Source: an uncultured Alphaproteobacteria bacterium (GTDB lineage: Bacteria > Pseudomonadota > Alphaproteobacteria > RF32 > CAG-239). Taken from it: a stretch of 64,000 bases of DNA. Made by a program: the position numbers and the translations under genes. A model generated the notes under the pieces. That model was not told the DNA's origin. It worked only from the letters and a program-made list of their open reading frames with translations, and did no database searches. The DNA is taken from contig CALXWB010000001.1 in NCBI GenBank assembly GCA_944392225.1, positions 855-64,854 of the forward strand. The letters run 5' to 3'. Shown piece after piece: positions 46,778-56,052 of the stretch. Position 1 is the stretch's first letter; every line of letters starts with the position of its first letter.

Positions 46778-47991
46778 TTTTTATTTTGTTTGCCATTTAT
46801 TAAAACGGTTAATATTTTGGCATATTCTGCTTCTTGTTGGTGGTATATTTGGAATTTTTTATCAAACCCGCCAAAGAATATCATGCCTTGGGGCAGCAAA
46901 ACTCTTTTGACCTTGCGGTTGAAAATGGTTTTGCCTAAAACATTGGTATCAAACAGATGCAGCATGTTGTGATATGGAGCTTCCAAAATTAAGCAAAGGT
47001 TGTTCGGATTGTTGGCCGTGCTCAAATTTTCTTCGGTTTTGCTGTCTTTGACCGGGTTTTTATGATGTATGTTGAACAAGGGTGGAACCGAGCCTTTGGT
47101 CTTCATTTGCAAAATGTTTTTTTCTACCCATTCTTTATATGCGCGCGGATTTTTTTTGTCATCCAAACTTATGCCTTTATTGTGCAAGGCTTGACGAATG
47201 GTTTGCTCGTTTTCAAACATATAGCTTCTGAATTCTTTTTCATGATGCCCGATAAAAAATTTAATGAACTTTGATTTTGCCGTTTCAAAGCTTGGAATGT
47301 CATGTCTTTGATTATAGCCTTTGAGAAGAGCAATTAGATCATAAGCATTGAGCTGACCAATGTCTGACGGTGGAATTTTTGCTTCGGCCATAGCTTGAGC
47401 AAAATAGCCGGCACGTTTTTTGAAAGAGGAAAATTGTCTGAAATATTTCCAAGAAGGAATCATATCAACATTATATTGTTCACCGATATATTCTTTTTCT
47501 TCGGTTTTTGCCTTGTCTTGTTCAATATGTGCTCTGAAATATGGAGAGAGCATTTCTTTTGACGGATAGTGCGACATGCCGTGGAACTCGGTTTTAATCA
47601 AAAATTTTTGTTCCGGGGAGATGAGGCTTTCTTCTCGCTCTACAAAATTTAAGCCTTCATCTTTCATAATCTGAGCAATGTTTTGTTTTATTTCAGAATT
47701 TTTGCCGGCGGCAATGTTCAAAATAAGCTTTTCCGTTAATATTTTTTTATAAAGCTGTAATTTATATTCTTCGGTATTTTTTTTGTTGGTCTGAATGAAT
47801 AAGATATCAAGAGAGTTCTTGAGGCAGAGCAAATTTTCATATGTGGTGCTGGTGTTTGTTCTTTCTTGGTTTCTATTATGGCGGCGTTTTTTTTGCGAGA
47901 GAGCGTCCAAAGCTTTTGGCAAAACAATCATGTATGCTAACTCTTTGCCAATGCTGATATTTAATCCTTGCGGTTTTTCCTTTTTCGCCAT
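46774..47991 (-). CDS. protein with C-terminal HNH/AHH-like nuclease motif
   Basis: 405 aa. NIHHKNPV...NNPNNLCLILEAPYHNMLH fits the HNH/EndoVII pattern (HH..P, NL, H...H). The N-terminal 300 aa are unrecognised, and there is no signal peptide. Confidence 0.55.
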   Translation of the reverse strand: MAKKEKPQGLNISIGKELAYMIVLPKALDALSQKKRRHNRNQERTNTSTTYENLLCLKNSLDILFIQTNKKNTEEYKLQLYKKILTEKLILNIAAGKNSEIKQNIAQIMKDEGLNFVEREESLISPEQKFLIKTEFHGMSHYPSKEMLSPYFRAHIEQDKAKTEEKEYIGEQYNVDMIPSWKYFRQFSSFKKRAGYFAQAMAEAKIPPSDIGQLNAYDLIALLKGYNQRHDIPSFETAKSKFIKFFIGHHEKEFRSYMFENEQTIRQALHNKGISLDDKKNPRAYKEWVEKNILQMKTKGSVPPLFNIHHKNPVKDSKTEENLSTANNPNNLCLILEAPYHNMLHLFDTNVLGKTIFNRKVKRVLLPQGMIFFGGFDKKFQIYHQQEAEYAKILTVLINGKQNKK

Positions 47992-48122
47992 TTTTTCTCC
48001 GCACTTATTATTTTATGTATTCAAAATACTATAATTTTGCTTTTTTGTCTAATATTTTTTCTTGTTTTATACACTTTTTTTTCATCAATTGTGTTTTATA
48101 TATCATCTAAAGGAGAAAAATT

Positions 48123-48788
48123 TTGCTTGAGATTGGTTTTGATGAAAAAAATGTGGCTGCGTTTTTGGGGCAATCTTGCCCGTTGATTGATGTTGACGTA
48201 ACACACGTTTCTGATTGGAAATCCTGCCTTGCTTTGGCAAAAAAATATATTGCCGATTTTTCATCTGAAAGGGTGCTTAAATTCAATCTACCAGACAAAA
48301 GCAAACTTAATCTTTTGGCCCTGGCTTTCTCGGTTGCGGCTTATGAGGAACAAACCACTTTGGAAACGGTTGTTTTTGTTTGTGATAATTTTTTGCAAAC
48401 ATCAAATGATTATAAACCCATTGCGGCTTTGACCAACGCACTTCGTTATATGCGCGATTTGATGCGGATGGATGAAAAAGAAGCTTATGCCGATATCAAA
48501 CGTTTGGGCTATCTCGGGCTCAAGGTGCAGGAAGACTATCTCAAGAAGCAAATTGTGCTGCAGTGGCTGGAAAGCAAAACGCCGCAATATTTTTGCGCCA
48601 CACAGAAAAATGCGGCCTTTATCTTGATTGCCTTATTTAAGTTTTGGGCTATTTGCAAAGACCCAAAACCTCGAGTGGGGATTATCGGTGAAAATGTTTG
48701 GGGTGATGTGATCCTCCCAAACCCCTCAAGCGAAGATGAAATGATTGAATATGTGATTAACAATACGGTGAGGAAAAATGAAAATTGA
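48123..48788 (+). CDS. hypothetical protein
   Basis: 221 aa with a TTG start 7 nt after AGGAG. The 3' end overlaps the aminopeptidase gene by 11 nt. No family recognised. Confidence 0.5.
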   Translation: MLEIGFDEKNVAAFLGQSCPLIDVDVTHVSDWKSCLALAKKYIADFSSERVLKFNLPDKSKLNLLALAFSVAAYEEQTTLETVVFVCDNFLQTSNDYKPIAALTNALRYMRDLMRMDEKEAYADIKRLGYLGLKVQEDYLKKQIVLQWLESKTPQYFCATQKNAAFILIALFKFWAICKDPKPRVGIIGENVWGDVILPNPSSEDEMIEYVINNTVRKNEN

Positions 48789-49905
48789 TGACAGATTAAC
48801 CCAAATGGCCGAGCAGATTGTGAAAAAATCTATCAAGGTTAAAAAAGGGGAAAAAGTATTTATTGAAGGTTTCAGCGAATCGGTCAAAACACTGTTTAAT
48901 GAAGTGATTAAACAAGTGACCAAAGCCGGCGGCGTGCCTTTTTGGTATTTTAACGACAATGCTTTTATCAAAAGTTTTATCGACAAAGCCTCAAAAGACC
49001 AACTTCACGCTTTTGGTCAGATGCACGCCGAAATTATGAAACAATGCGATGCTTATGTCGGTATTCGCGGCTATGATGATATGTTTTTGCTCTCGGATGT
49101 CTCAGAAAAACAAATGGAGCTTTATCAGCATGAGTTTTATACGCCGGTGCATTTTGAGGTGCGGATTCCTAAAACGCGCTGGGTGGTGATGCGTTATCCC
49201 AACAACACGATGTCGGCTCTTTCTCGGATGTCAACAGAGGCTTTTGAAGACTTTTATTTTAAGGCTTGTTTGGTTGACTATGATAAAATGGCCAAAGCCA
49301 TGCTACCGTTGAAAAAACTTATGGATAAAACAGATAAGGTGAAAATCATTGCCCCTGACACGCATCTTGAGTTTTCTATCAAAAATCTGAAAGCGGTTGC
49401 TTGTGCCGGAGAGATGAATTTGCCTGATGGTGAGGTTTATACGGCACCGGTTAAAACTTCTATCAATGGCGTTATTCAGTTTAATACCGATACGGTTTAT
49501 GAAGGAGAATATTTCTCTAACATTCGCTTAGAATTCAAAGACGGAAAGATTGTTAAAGGTACATCCATGGCCAATAATGACAAGTTCCAAAAACTACTCA
49601 ATCTTGATGCCGGAAGTCGATATATGGGCGAGTTTGCACTAGGTGTAAATCCATATATTACTAAGCCGATGCTTGATATTTTGTTTGATGAGAAAATATC
49701 CGGCTCTCTTCATATGGCCATCGGAAACTCCTATAGCGATGAAACCTTTAATGGTAATCGTTCGGCCATTCACTGGGATTTGGTTCTTATCCAAACAGCT
49801 GAAAGAGGCGGCGGAGAAATTTGGTTTGATGACAAACTCATTCGCAAAGACGGCATTTTTATTCCTAAAGAATTGCAAGGTTTAAATCCTGAAAACTTGA
49901 AATAA
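48778..49905 (+). CDS. aminopeptidase, M29 (AmpS/PepS) family
   Basis: 375 aa. Length and overall pattern (KGEKVFIEG, GEMNLPDGEVYTAP, HMAIGNSY) match the thermophilic metalloprotease M29 family. Confidence 0.8.
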   Translation: MKIDDRLTQMAEQIVKKSIKVKKGEKVFIEGFSESVKTLFNEVIKQVTKAGGVPFWYFNDNAFIKSFIDKASKDQLHAFGQMHAEIMKQCDAYVGIRGYDDMFLLSDVSEKQMELYQHEFYTPVHFEVRIPKTRWVVMRYPNNTMSALSRMSTEAFEDFYFKACLVDYDKMAKAMLPLKKLMDKTDKVKIIAPDTHLEFSIKNLKAVACAGEMNLPDGEVYTAPVKTSINGVIQFNTDTVYEGEYFSNIRLEFKDGKIVKGTSMANNDKFQKLLNLDAGSRYMGEFALGVNPYITKPMLDILFDEKISGSLHMAIGNSYSDETFNGNRSAIHWDLVLIQTAERGGGEIWFDDKLIRKDGIFIPKELQGLNPENLK

Positions 49906-49910
49906 GACAC

Positions 49911-49940
49911 AAAAAAGCCCATCTTTCGATGGGCTTTTTT
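49911..49940. terminator. bidirectional hairpin terminator
   Basis: aaaa-aagcccatc-tttc-gatgggctt-tttt between convergent genes. Confidence 0.65.
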
Positions 49941-50593
49941 CATATTTGAAAGAGTTTTTCTTTGACAATGAAAAACTCTTTCTCACTATCTTGATAGACA
50001 CGCCAGAGTTCTTTTCCGTGTTTGACAAGTTCGCCTTTACATATTTCTTCAAAATCAAGCTCATTGTAGTCATACTGCCTGATTTTTTCATAGTCTTCTG
50101 AAAAGAGCGGAACCGTGCAGCAATATTGCTGATTATATACACGCCAGCAATATCCAATGAGGGATAAGGCTTGTTTTTTGCTCTTGCCGATGACGCTGGC
50201 TTTGGCAATGTGGCATTCAACATTTTTTAACCCCAGAGAAGCGGCAAACAGCTTTACTTCATAGGCTGTGGTATACATGTCAATCTCTGAAATTTCAAAC
50301 TCTTCGTTCAGTCGGTGGAATAAGTAAATTTTTTTTCTATGGAAAAATAAACTATTCTCCTCAATGGTTCTTATCTGAAAACCATCAAGCTGCTGCGGTA
50401 AGGCCGTATCAACCTCGAAAACAGGCACCATATCTAATCGATTGGGAGAATATATTCCCCAAACATAATGCATCTCTCTACCATTGCTGATGAGCAGAAG
50501 ATGGCACGTTCCAATAGGAAACTTTTCTCTGACTATTGCCTCTCGGAATATTCCAAATTCTGAGCAAGGCTTTATAATAATTTGCGGTTTCAT
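49940..50593 (-). CDS. hypothetical protein
   Basis: 217-aa ORF with no recognised family, flanked by hairpin terminators. Confidence 0.5.
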   Translation of the reverse strand: MKPQIIIKPCSEFGIFREAIVREKFPIGTCHLLLISNGREMHYVWGIYSPNRLDMVPVFEVDTALPQQLDGFQIRTIEENSLFFHRKKIYLFHRLNEEFEISEIDMYTTAYEVKLFAASLGLKNVECHIAKASVIGKSKKQALSLIGYCWRVYNQQYCCTVPLFSEDYEKIRQYDYNELDFEEICKGELVKHGKELWRVYQDSEKEFFIVKEKLFQI

Positions 50594-50653
50594 AATTTTT
50601 TATTTATAATATCTTGTTATTCAGAGCATAATTTCTTTTGTGTTTTTGTCAAC

Positions 50654-50689
50654 AAAAAGTTCCCTTTTCGTCAAAAAAGGGAACTTTTT
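50654..50689 (-). terminator. hairpin terminator downstream of the 50718-51233 ORF
   Basis: aaaagttccctttt-cgtc-aaaaaagggaactttt with flanking A/T runs. Confidence 0.5.
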
Positions 50690-50717
50690 ATATTTAGATT
50701 GTGAAAATTTATGCCAC

Positions 50718-51233
50718 TTAGTAATATCTTTTATTTAAGTTGGCATATATAATTTGCAAGCTCTCTTGCGGATTAAGCCACTTGCCCTCGGCTTTGCCGG
50801 CGGCAATATCTTTGTTGATGTGTTTGGCGCGGCGATAGGTTTTATCTTGTCGCGGATCTTCTTCTCGGGCAGCTCCTCTGCTTATGGCGTGGCTGTCTGC
50901 TTCCAACAAAGTGGCAAAAAAACGGCTATAATCAGAATGATTTTGCCTCATTTCCGTCAGGCCTTTATGGGCATAATATTCGCAAATGGCGTCATGCAGA
51001 GTTTGTGCTTCTGCCATCTCATCTTTGGTTAAAAGCTCGGATAAGCCCTCGGTTTGAGACAGTGTTTTAACTTGAAAAGCGGCTTCGCGGCTGATGGCAC
51101 GTTGATAATGCCCCGGAAGTTTGGCATATTCACTTTCTTGATTGAAATCTTTGAAAAAAAAGTGCTTATTGATAATAATTTTGGCAAGTGTTAAGTCTAT
51201 TTTGAACACTTGCAACGGATTGTCATTTTGCAT
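50718..51233 (-). CDS. hypothetical protein
   Basis: 171-aa ORF with no recognised family. Confidence 0.5.
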   Translation of the reverse strand: MQNDNPLQVFKIDLTLAKIIINKHFFFKDFNQESEYAKLPGHYQRAISREAAFQVKTLSQTEGLSELLTKDEMAEAQTLHDAICEYYAHKGLTEMRQNHSDYSRFFATLLEADSHAISRGAAREEDPRQDKTYRRAKHINKDIAAGKAEGKWLNPQESLQIIYANLNKRYY

Positions 51234-51371
51234 TATTCAAATTCTCCTTAAATAATATTTTATTATGCCTATAGTCTATGAAAAATTTTGTTGCTGTCTA
51301 TTGAGATTTTGGGCTTTTGCACTGTTTTTGCAAATTCTGTCTTTAAAATTGTCAAGTTTTGTCTCGAAGCA

Positions 51372-51409
51372 CAAAAAAACACTCTGACTTTCGCCAGAGT
51401 GCTTTTTTT
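51372..51409 (-). terminator. hairpin terminator downstream of the PFOR gene
   Basis: aaaaaaa-cactctg-actttcgc-cagagtg-cttttttt, usable in both directions. Confidence 0.6.
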
Positions 51410-51428
51410 ATGCTTAGGTTAAAACCGA

Positions 51429-54400
51429 TTATTCACCGGCTTCAATTTTGAACTCGGACATATGCTCCAACAGAGAACGTTTTTCGTTGACGTTTTCTTG
51501 AGCTTTGTTGAGCAAGTTCTCATAACGTTCCGGGTTGGCCTTGTGAACGATTTGGAAACGTGTTTCGTTTGCCATATAATCGGACAAAGGTTTAGACGGA
51601 GCTTTAGAGTCAAGCATCAACGGAGCTTTGCCTTGAGCAATGTTTTCCGGATTGTAACGATACAACGGCCAAGAACCGGTCTCGACAGCATCTTTTTGGT
51701 GGCTCAAACCATCGGCAAGGTTGAAACCTTGGGCAATACAGTGAGAGTATGCAATGATGATTGACGGACCATTGTAAGCTTCAGCTTCGTTCATGGCTTT
51801 GATGACTTGAGCATCGTTGGCACCAAAGGCAACTTGAGCAACATAAACATTGCCATAAGACATGGCAATCATGCCCAAATCTTTCTTCGGCAAAGATTTG
51901 CCGGCTGTGGCAAACTTGGCAGAAGCACCCATCGGGGTTGCTTTGGATTGTTGACCACCCGTGTTAGAGTAAACACCTGTATCCATAACCAAGATGTTGA
52001 TGTTTTTGCCGGAAGCAATGGCGTGATCCAAACCACCGAAGCCAATATCATAGGCCCAGCCGTCACCACCCAAAATCCATACGGATTTCTTAATCAGGTA
52101 GTCAGCCAATTTATCCAAGTGGCTGGCTTCTTCGGTCTTGATTCCGGCCAATTTAGCACGCAATTCTTTAACATTATCGCGTTGAGCATCAATTTCAACA
52201 TCGGTTGATTGCGGGTTGTTCAAGATTTTTTCAACCAATTCGGCACCAATCTTGTCTTTCAAACCTTCAAGCAAAGATTTGGCAAAACCGGTTTGTTGGT
52301 CGATAGAAAATCTCATACCCAAACCAAATTCGGCGTTGTCTTCAAACAAAGAGTTTGCCCAAGCCGGACCATGGCCTTTTTCATCTTTAGCATAAGGTGT
52401 GGTCGGCAAGTTACCAGAGTAAATTGAAGAGCAACCTGTTGCGTTGGCAACAACCATGCGGTCACCAAACAATTGGGTCAACAATTTAACATACGGGGTT
52501 TCGCCGCAGCCTGCGCAAGCACCAGAGAATTCAAACAAAGGTTGAATCAACTGAGTGGTCTTCGGCAAGTTCTTAACAACTTCGGTGCGTTTGACATAAG
52601 GCAATGTGGTGAAGAAGTTCCAGCAAGCTTTTTGCTCTTCCAAGTGAGATTCAATATGATCCATATTGATGGCTTTCTTAGAAGGATCGGCTTTGTTCTT
52701 AGCCGGGCAAGCGCTGACGCAGATGCCGCAGCCGGTGCAGTCTTCAGGAGACATTTGCCAGATGAATTGTTTGCCGGCAAATTCTTTTCCTTTGTAGGTA
52801 GCAGATTTGAAGCCTTTCGGAGCGTTCTTCAATTCTTCTTCAGTTGCAACTTTCATACGGATAACGCCGTGCGGGCATACCAAAGAGCATTTACCGCATT
52901 GGATACATGTATCCGGATCCCAAACCGGAATTTCGGTTGCAATGCAGCGTTTTTCGTATTGAGTTGTGGCTGTCGGCCAGGTTCCGTCAACAACTTCTTC
53001 GAAAGCAGATACCGGCAATTCATTACCGCGGTCGGCAATGATTTCGGCGGTTACTTTCTTGACAAATTCTGGAGCGTTGGCCGGAACAGGGTCCAAACGA
53101 TGGAATTTGGAAGTAACTTTTGACGGATATTCAACTTTGTGCAAGTGAGCCAAAGAGGCATCAACAGCGGCAAAGTTCTTTTGAACAATGGCGTCGCCTT
53201 TCTTGCTATAAGTTTTCTTAATGGCATTTTTAATTTGAGCAATAGCTTCATCTTTCGGCAAAATGTTAGAAATTGCAAAGAAGCAAGCTTGCATGATGGT
53301 GTTGATGCGTTGACCCATGCCGGTTTCACGAGCAACGTCTACGGCGTTGATGGTGTAGAAGTTCAATTTCTTGTTGATGATTTCTTCTTGAACTTCAATC
53401 GGCAACTGATCCCAAACTTCTTTTTCGCTGTAAGGAGCGTTCAACAAGAAGGTGGCACCGGGTTTGGCAATCTTCAAAATATCAACTTTTCTCATGAACG
53501 GGAATTGGTGGCAAGCCACAAAGTCTGCCTTGTTGATGAGGTAAGCCGATTTAATCGGGTTGTCAGAAAAACGCAAGTGAGATGTGGTCATAGAACCAGA
53601 TTTACGAGAATCGTAAACAAAGTAGCCTTGACCATATTTGCCGGCGTCTTCAGCAATAATCTTAATGGAGTTTTTGTTTGCACCAACGGTACCGTCTGCA
53701 CCCAAGCCGAAGAATACGGCACGAACAACATCTTTGGGTTCGGTATCAATAGAATCGTCAAACGGCAAAGAAGTTTTGCTGACATCATCGGTGATACCAA
53801 CGGAGAAACCGTTAATCGGGTGAGCAGAAGCACCATTGTCAAATACGGCTTTAACCATGCCCGGAGTGAACTCTTTAGAAGACAAGCCATAGCGGCCGCC
53901 AACGATTTTCGGCATGGAAGCAATGTCACCGCGTGCAAAAGCTTGTGTGATGGTGGCAACAACATCTAAATACAAAGGTTCACCGATGGAGCCTGATTCT
54001 TTGGTTCTATCCAAAACAGAAACCATCTTAACGGTTTTGGGCAAAACTTTTAAGAATGATTTTTCAGGGAACGGACGATACAAGTGAACTTTCAAAACGC
54101 CGAGTTTGGCACCTTGAGCATTGAGGTAGTCAATAGCTTCTTCAGCCGTTTCACCGCCAGAGCCCATGATGACGATAACTTGGTCGGCATCTTTGGCACC
54201 ATAGTAGTCAACAACATGATATTGACGACCAGAAATCTTGGCAAACTTGTCCATTTCTTCCTGAACAATTTCTTCAACCTTGTGGTAGTAGGGGTTGGCT
54301 GCTTCACGACCTTGGAAAAATACGTCAGGGTTTTGAGCCGTGCCGCGGATAACAGGGGCTTCCGGACGAAGAGCGTGTTTAGCGTTGAAGGTGTAGTCAA

Positions 54401-54995
54401 CACCTTTGAGCATGGCTCTCAAATCATCATCAGAAAGGAGTTTGATTTTTTTGATTTCATGAGAAGTGCGGAAACCATCAAAGAAGTGCATGAACGGAAC
54501 GCGAGAACGCAAGGTTGAAGTTTGCGCAATGGCGGCAAAGTCATGAGCTTCTTGAACAGAGTTTGAGCAGAGCATGGCAAAACCGGTTTGGCGGCAAGCC
54601 ATAACGTCAGAGTGGTCACCGAAAATGGACAAAGCATGGTATGCCAATGAACGAGCGGCAACATGCATTACAAACGGAGAAAGTTCACCGGCGATTTTGA
54701 ACATATTCGGAATCATTAACAACAGACCTTGAGAAGCTGTGAATGTTGTTGTCAACGAACCGGCTTGGATTGAGCCGTGGCAAGCACCGGCAGCACCGGC
54801 TTCGGATTGCATTTCCTGAACTTCAGGAATAACGCCCCAAATATTCTTTTGTTTAGCTGCAGACCACGCATCAGCCCATTCACCCATCGGTGAAGACGGG
54901 GTAATCGGGTAAATCACGCAGACTTCATTCATGCGGTGGGCAACGGAAGCGGCAGCTTCGTTACCATCCATCATTTTCATCTTAACGTCAGACAT
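51429..54995 (-). CDS. nifJ: pyruvate:ferredoxin (flavodoxin) oxidoreductase
   Basis: 1188 aa, single-polypeptide PFOR. MDGNEAAASVAH N-terminus, two 4Fe-4S motifs (CIQCGKCSLVCPHG, CTGCGICVSACP), and a TPP domain (GGDGWAYDIGFGGLDH). Confidence 0.97.
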   Translation of the reverse strand: MSDVKMKMMDGNEAAASVAHRMNEVCVIYPITPSSPMGEWADAWSAAKQKNIWGVIPEVQEMQSEAGAAGACHGSIQAGSLTTTFTASQGLLLMIPNMFKIAGELSPFVMHVAARSLAYHALSIFGDHSDVMACRQTGFAMLCSNSVQEAHDFAAIAQTSTLRSRVPFMHFFDGFRTSHEIKKIKLLSDDDLRAMLKGVDYTFNAKHALRPEAPVIRGTAQNPDVFFQGREAANPYYHKVEEIVQEEMDKFAKISGRQYHVVDYYGAKDADQVIVIMGSGGETAEEAIDYLNAQGAKLGVLKVHLYRPFPEKSFLKVLPKTVKMVSVLDRTKESGSIGEPLYLDVVATITQAFARGDIASMPKIVGGRYGLSSKEFTPGMVKAVFDNGASAHPINGFSVGITDDVSKTSLPFDDSIDTEPKDVVRAVFFGLGADGTVGANKNSIKIIAEDAGKYGQGYFVYDSRKSGSMTTSHLRFSDNPIKSAYLINKADFVACHQFPFMRKVDILKIAKPGATFLLNAPYSEKEVWDQLPIEVQEEIINKKLNFYTINAVDVARETGMGQRINTIMQACFFAISNILPKDEAIAQIKNAIKKTYSKKGDAIVQKNFAAVDASLAHLHKVEYPSKVTSKFHRLDPVPANAPEFVKKVTAEIIADRGNELPVSAFEEVVDGTWPTATTQYEKRCIATEIPVWDPDTCIQCGKCSLVCPHGVIRMKVATEEELKNAPKGFKSATYKGKEFAGKQFIWQMSPEDCTGCGICVSACPAKNKADPSKKAINMDHIESHLEEQKACWNFFTTLPYVKRTEVVKNLPKTTQLIQPLFEFSGACAGCGETPYVKLLTQLFGDRMVVANATGCSSIYSGNLPTTPYAKDEKGHGPAWANSLFEDNAEFGLGMRFSIDQQTGFAKSLLEGLKDKIGAELVEKILNNPQSTDVEIDAQRDNVKELRAKLAGIKTEEASHLDKLADYLIKKSVWILGGDGWAYDIGFGGLDHAIASGKNINILVMDTGVYSNTGGQQSKATPMGASAKFATAGKSLPKKDLGMIAMSYGNVYVAQVAFGANDAQVIKAMNEAEAYNGPSIIIAYSHCIAQGFNLADGLSHQKDAVETGSWPLYRYNPENIAQGKAPLMLDSKAPSKPLSDYMANETRFQIVHKANPERYENLLNKAQENVNEKRSLLEHMSEFKIEAGE

Positions 54996-55142
54996 ATTTT
55001 ATCCTTAGTTTAGAGTTATCACAAATAAAGCCGGAAAATAGACGGTTTTGTGCCTTATCTGCCGGCTTCGGGTTTAATTTCTTATAGAATCTTTCTATAT
55101 GCGCGTTTTATAGCATGAAACTTTTCAAAAAGCTATCAAAAA

Positions 55143-55913
55143 ATGAGAGTTTATCAGCTTATTTTTTTATGTTTATCTTTGGGCTGGACATCTATCTTTT
55201 TTTATGATATTTGCCAAAACATATTAACTATTAAAATATTAATTATGATGTATAAAAATTTTGAATATGTGGTCAATTGCCTTGAAAATGACCACACAGT
55301 TGGAAAAAAAGTTCAATTTGATGAAAGACAGAAAAAGCAGTTCGTTGTGGATTTGCTCTATTTTGTTTCCGTTATGCGGAAATATTATGCCGAAAATATG
55401 GCTGCATTGGTGCAGGAACAGAAAGCGTTTTTTCAAAAATTTGAGCTGATTGCACAATATTCTCCAGACTTGTTGCAAGAAGATTTCTTCTGCGATTGGA
55501 TAGATGATATTTTGGCGGCCGGTGAATTGCCTCATCCGTTGGTTTATTATAATGCCGGCTTGATAAGTGTTGAGTCTATGGCGGCAGCTGTTACGGCTTA
55601 TCTGGATGAAAAAGAAGTTCAGACTTGGACCTTGGAACATTGGGATTATTGTCGGCTTTTTGCACCGGTTATATATAACACTTTGAAAAAACAAAATATT
55701 GATGCGCCGCTGCTCAAAAAAATCTCAAATAACCATTATGGAATAAAGGCTTTGATTGTTTTTGTTTTGTTGATTGCGGTGGCTATCCTCGGTTTCAAAG
55801 ATTGTATTAACGGGTCTGTCTTTTTGTTGTTGCTGATTTTTATAATCGGTTTCAATGAACTTGTTTTCTTATGTTACGGAAAGTTTTTTTCCGCCAAAAA
55901 AAAGGTGCAATGA
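55143..55913 (+). CDS. hypothetical membrane protein
   Basis: 256-aa ORF with two C-terminal hydrophobic helices. The true start may be the MMYKNF codons near 55245. No family recognised. Confidence 0.45.
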   Translation: MRVYQLIFLCLSLGWTSIFFYDICQNILTIKILIMMYKNFEYVVNCLENDHTVGKKVQFDERQKKQFVVDLLYFVSVMRKYYAENMAALVQEQKAFFQKFELIAQYSPDLLQEDFFCDWIDDILAAGELPHPLVYYNAGLISVESMAAAVTAYLDEKEVQTWTLEHWDYCRLFAPVIYNTLKKQNIDAPLLKKISNNHYGIKALIVFVLLIAVAILGFKDCINGSVFLLLLIFIIGFNELVFLCYGKFFSAKKKVQ

Positions 55914-55977
55914 TTTTTCATTGCACCTTTTTTTGTGCTTGAAACTATTTTTTTTTGTAATATTATCAAAACGCTTT

Positions 55978-56052
55978 GCAGGCATAATTCAATGGTTAGA
56001 ATGCGAGCTTCCCAAGCTTGAAATGCGGGTTCGATTCCCGTTGCCTGCTCCA
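55978..56052 (+). tRNA. tRNA-Gly (anticodon CCC)
   Basis: Manual cloverleaf: acceptor GCAGGCA/TGCCTGC, D arm ATTC-AATGGTTA-GAAT, anticodon arm CGAGC-TTCCCAA-GCTTG, T arm GCGGG-TTCGATT-CCCGT, U73, CCA. Confidence 0.9.

Noticed and set aside
54996-55142. Inverted repeat aagccgg...ccggctt in the PFOR 5' leader as a riboswitch or regulatory element.
   Set aside because: It has only a 7-bp stem with a ~29-nt loop and no recognisable riboswitch core, so it is too weak to call.
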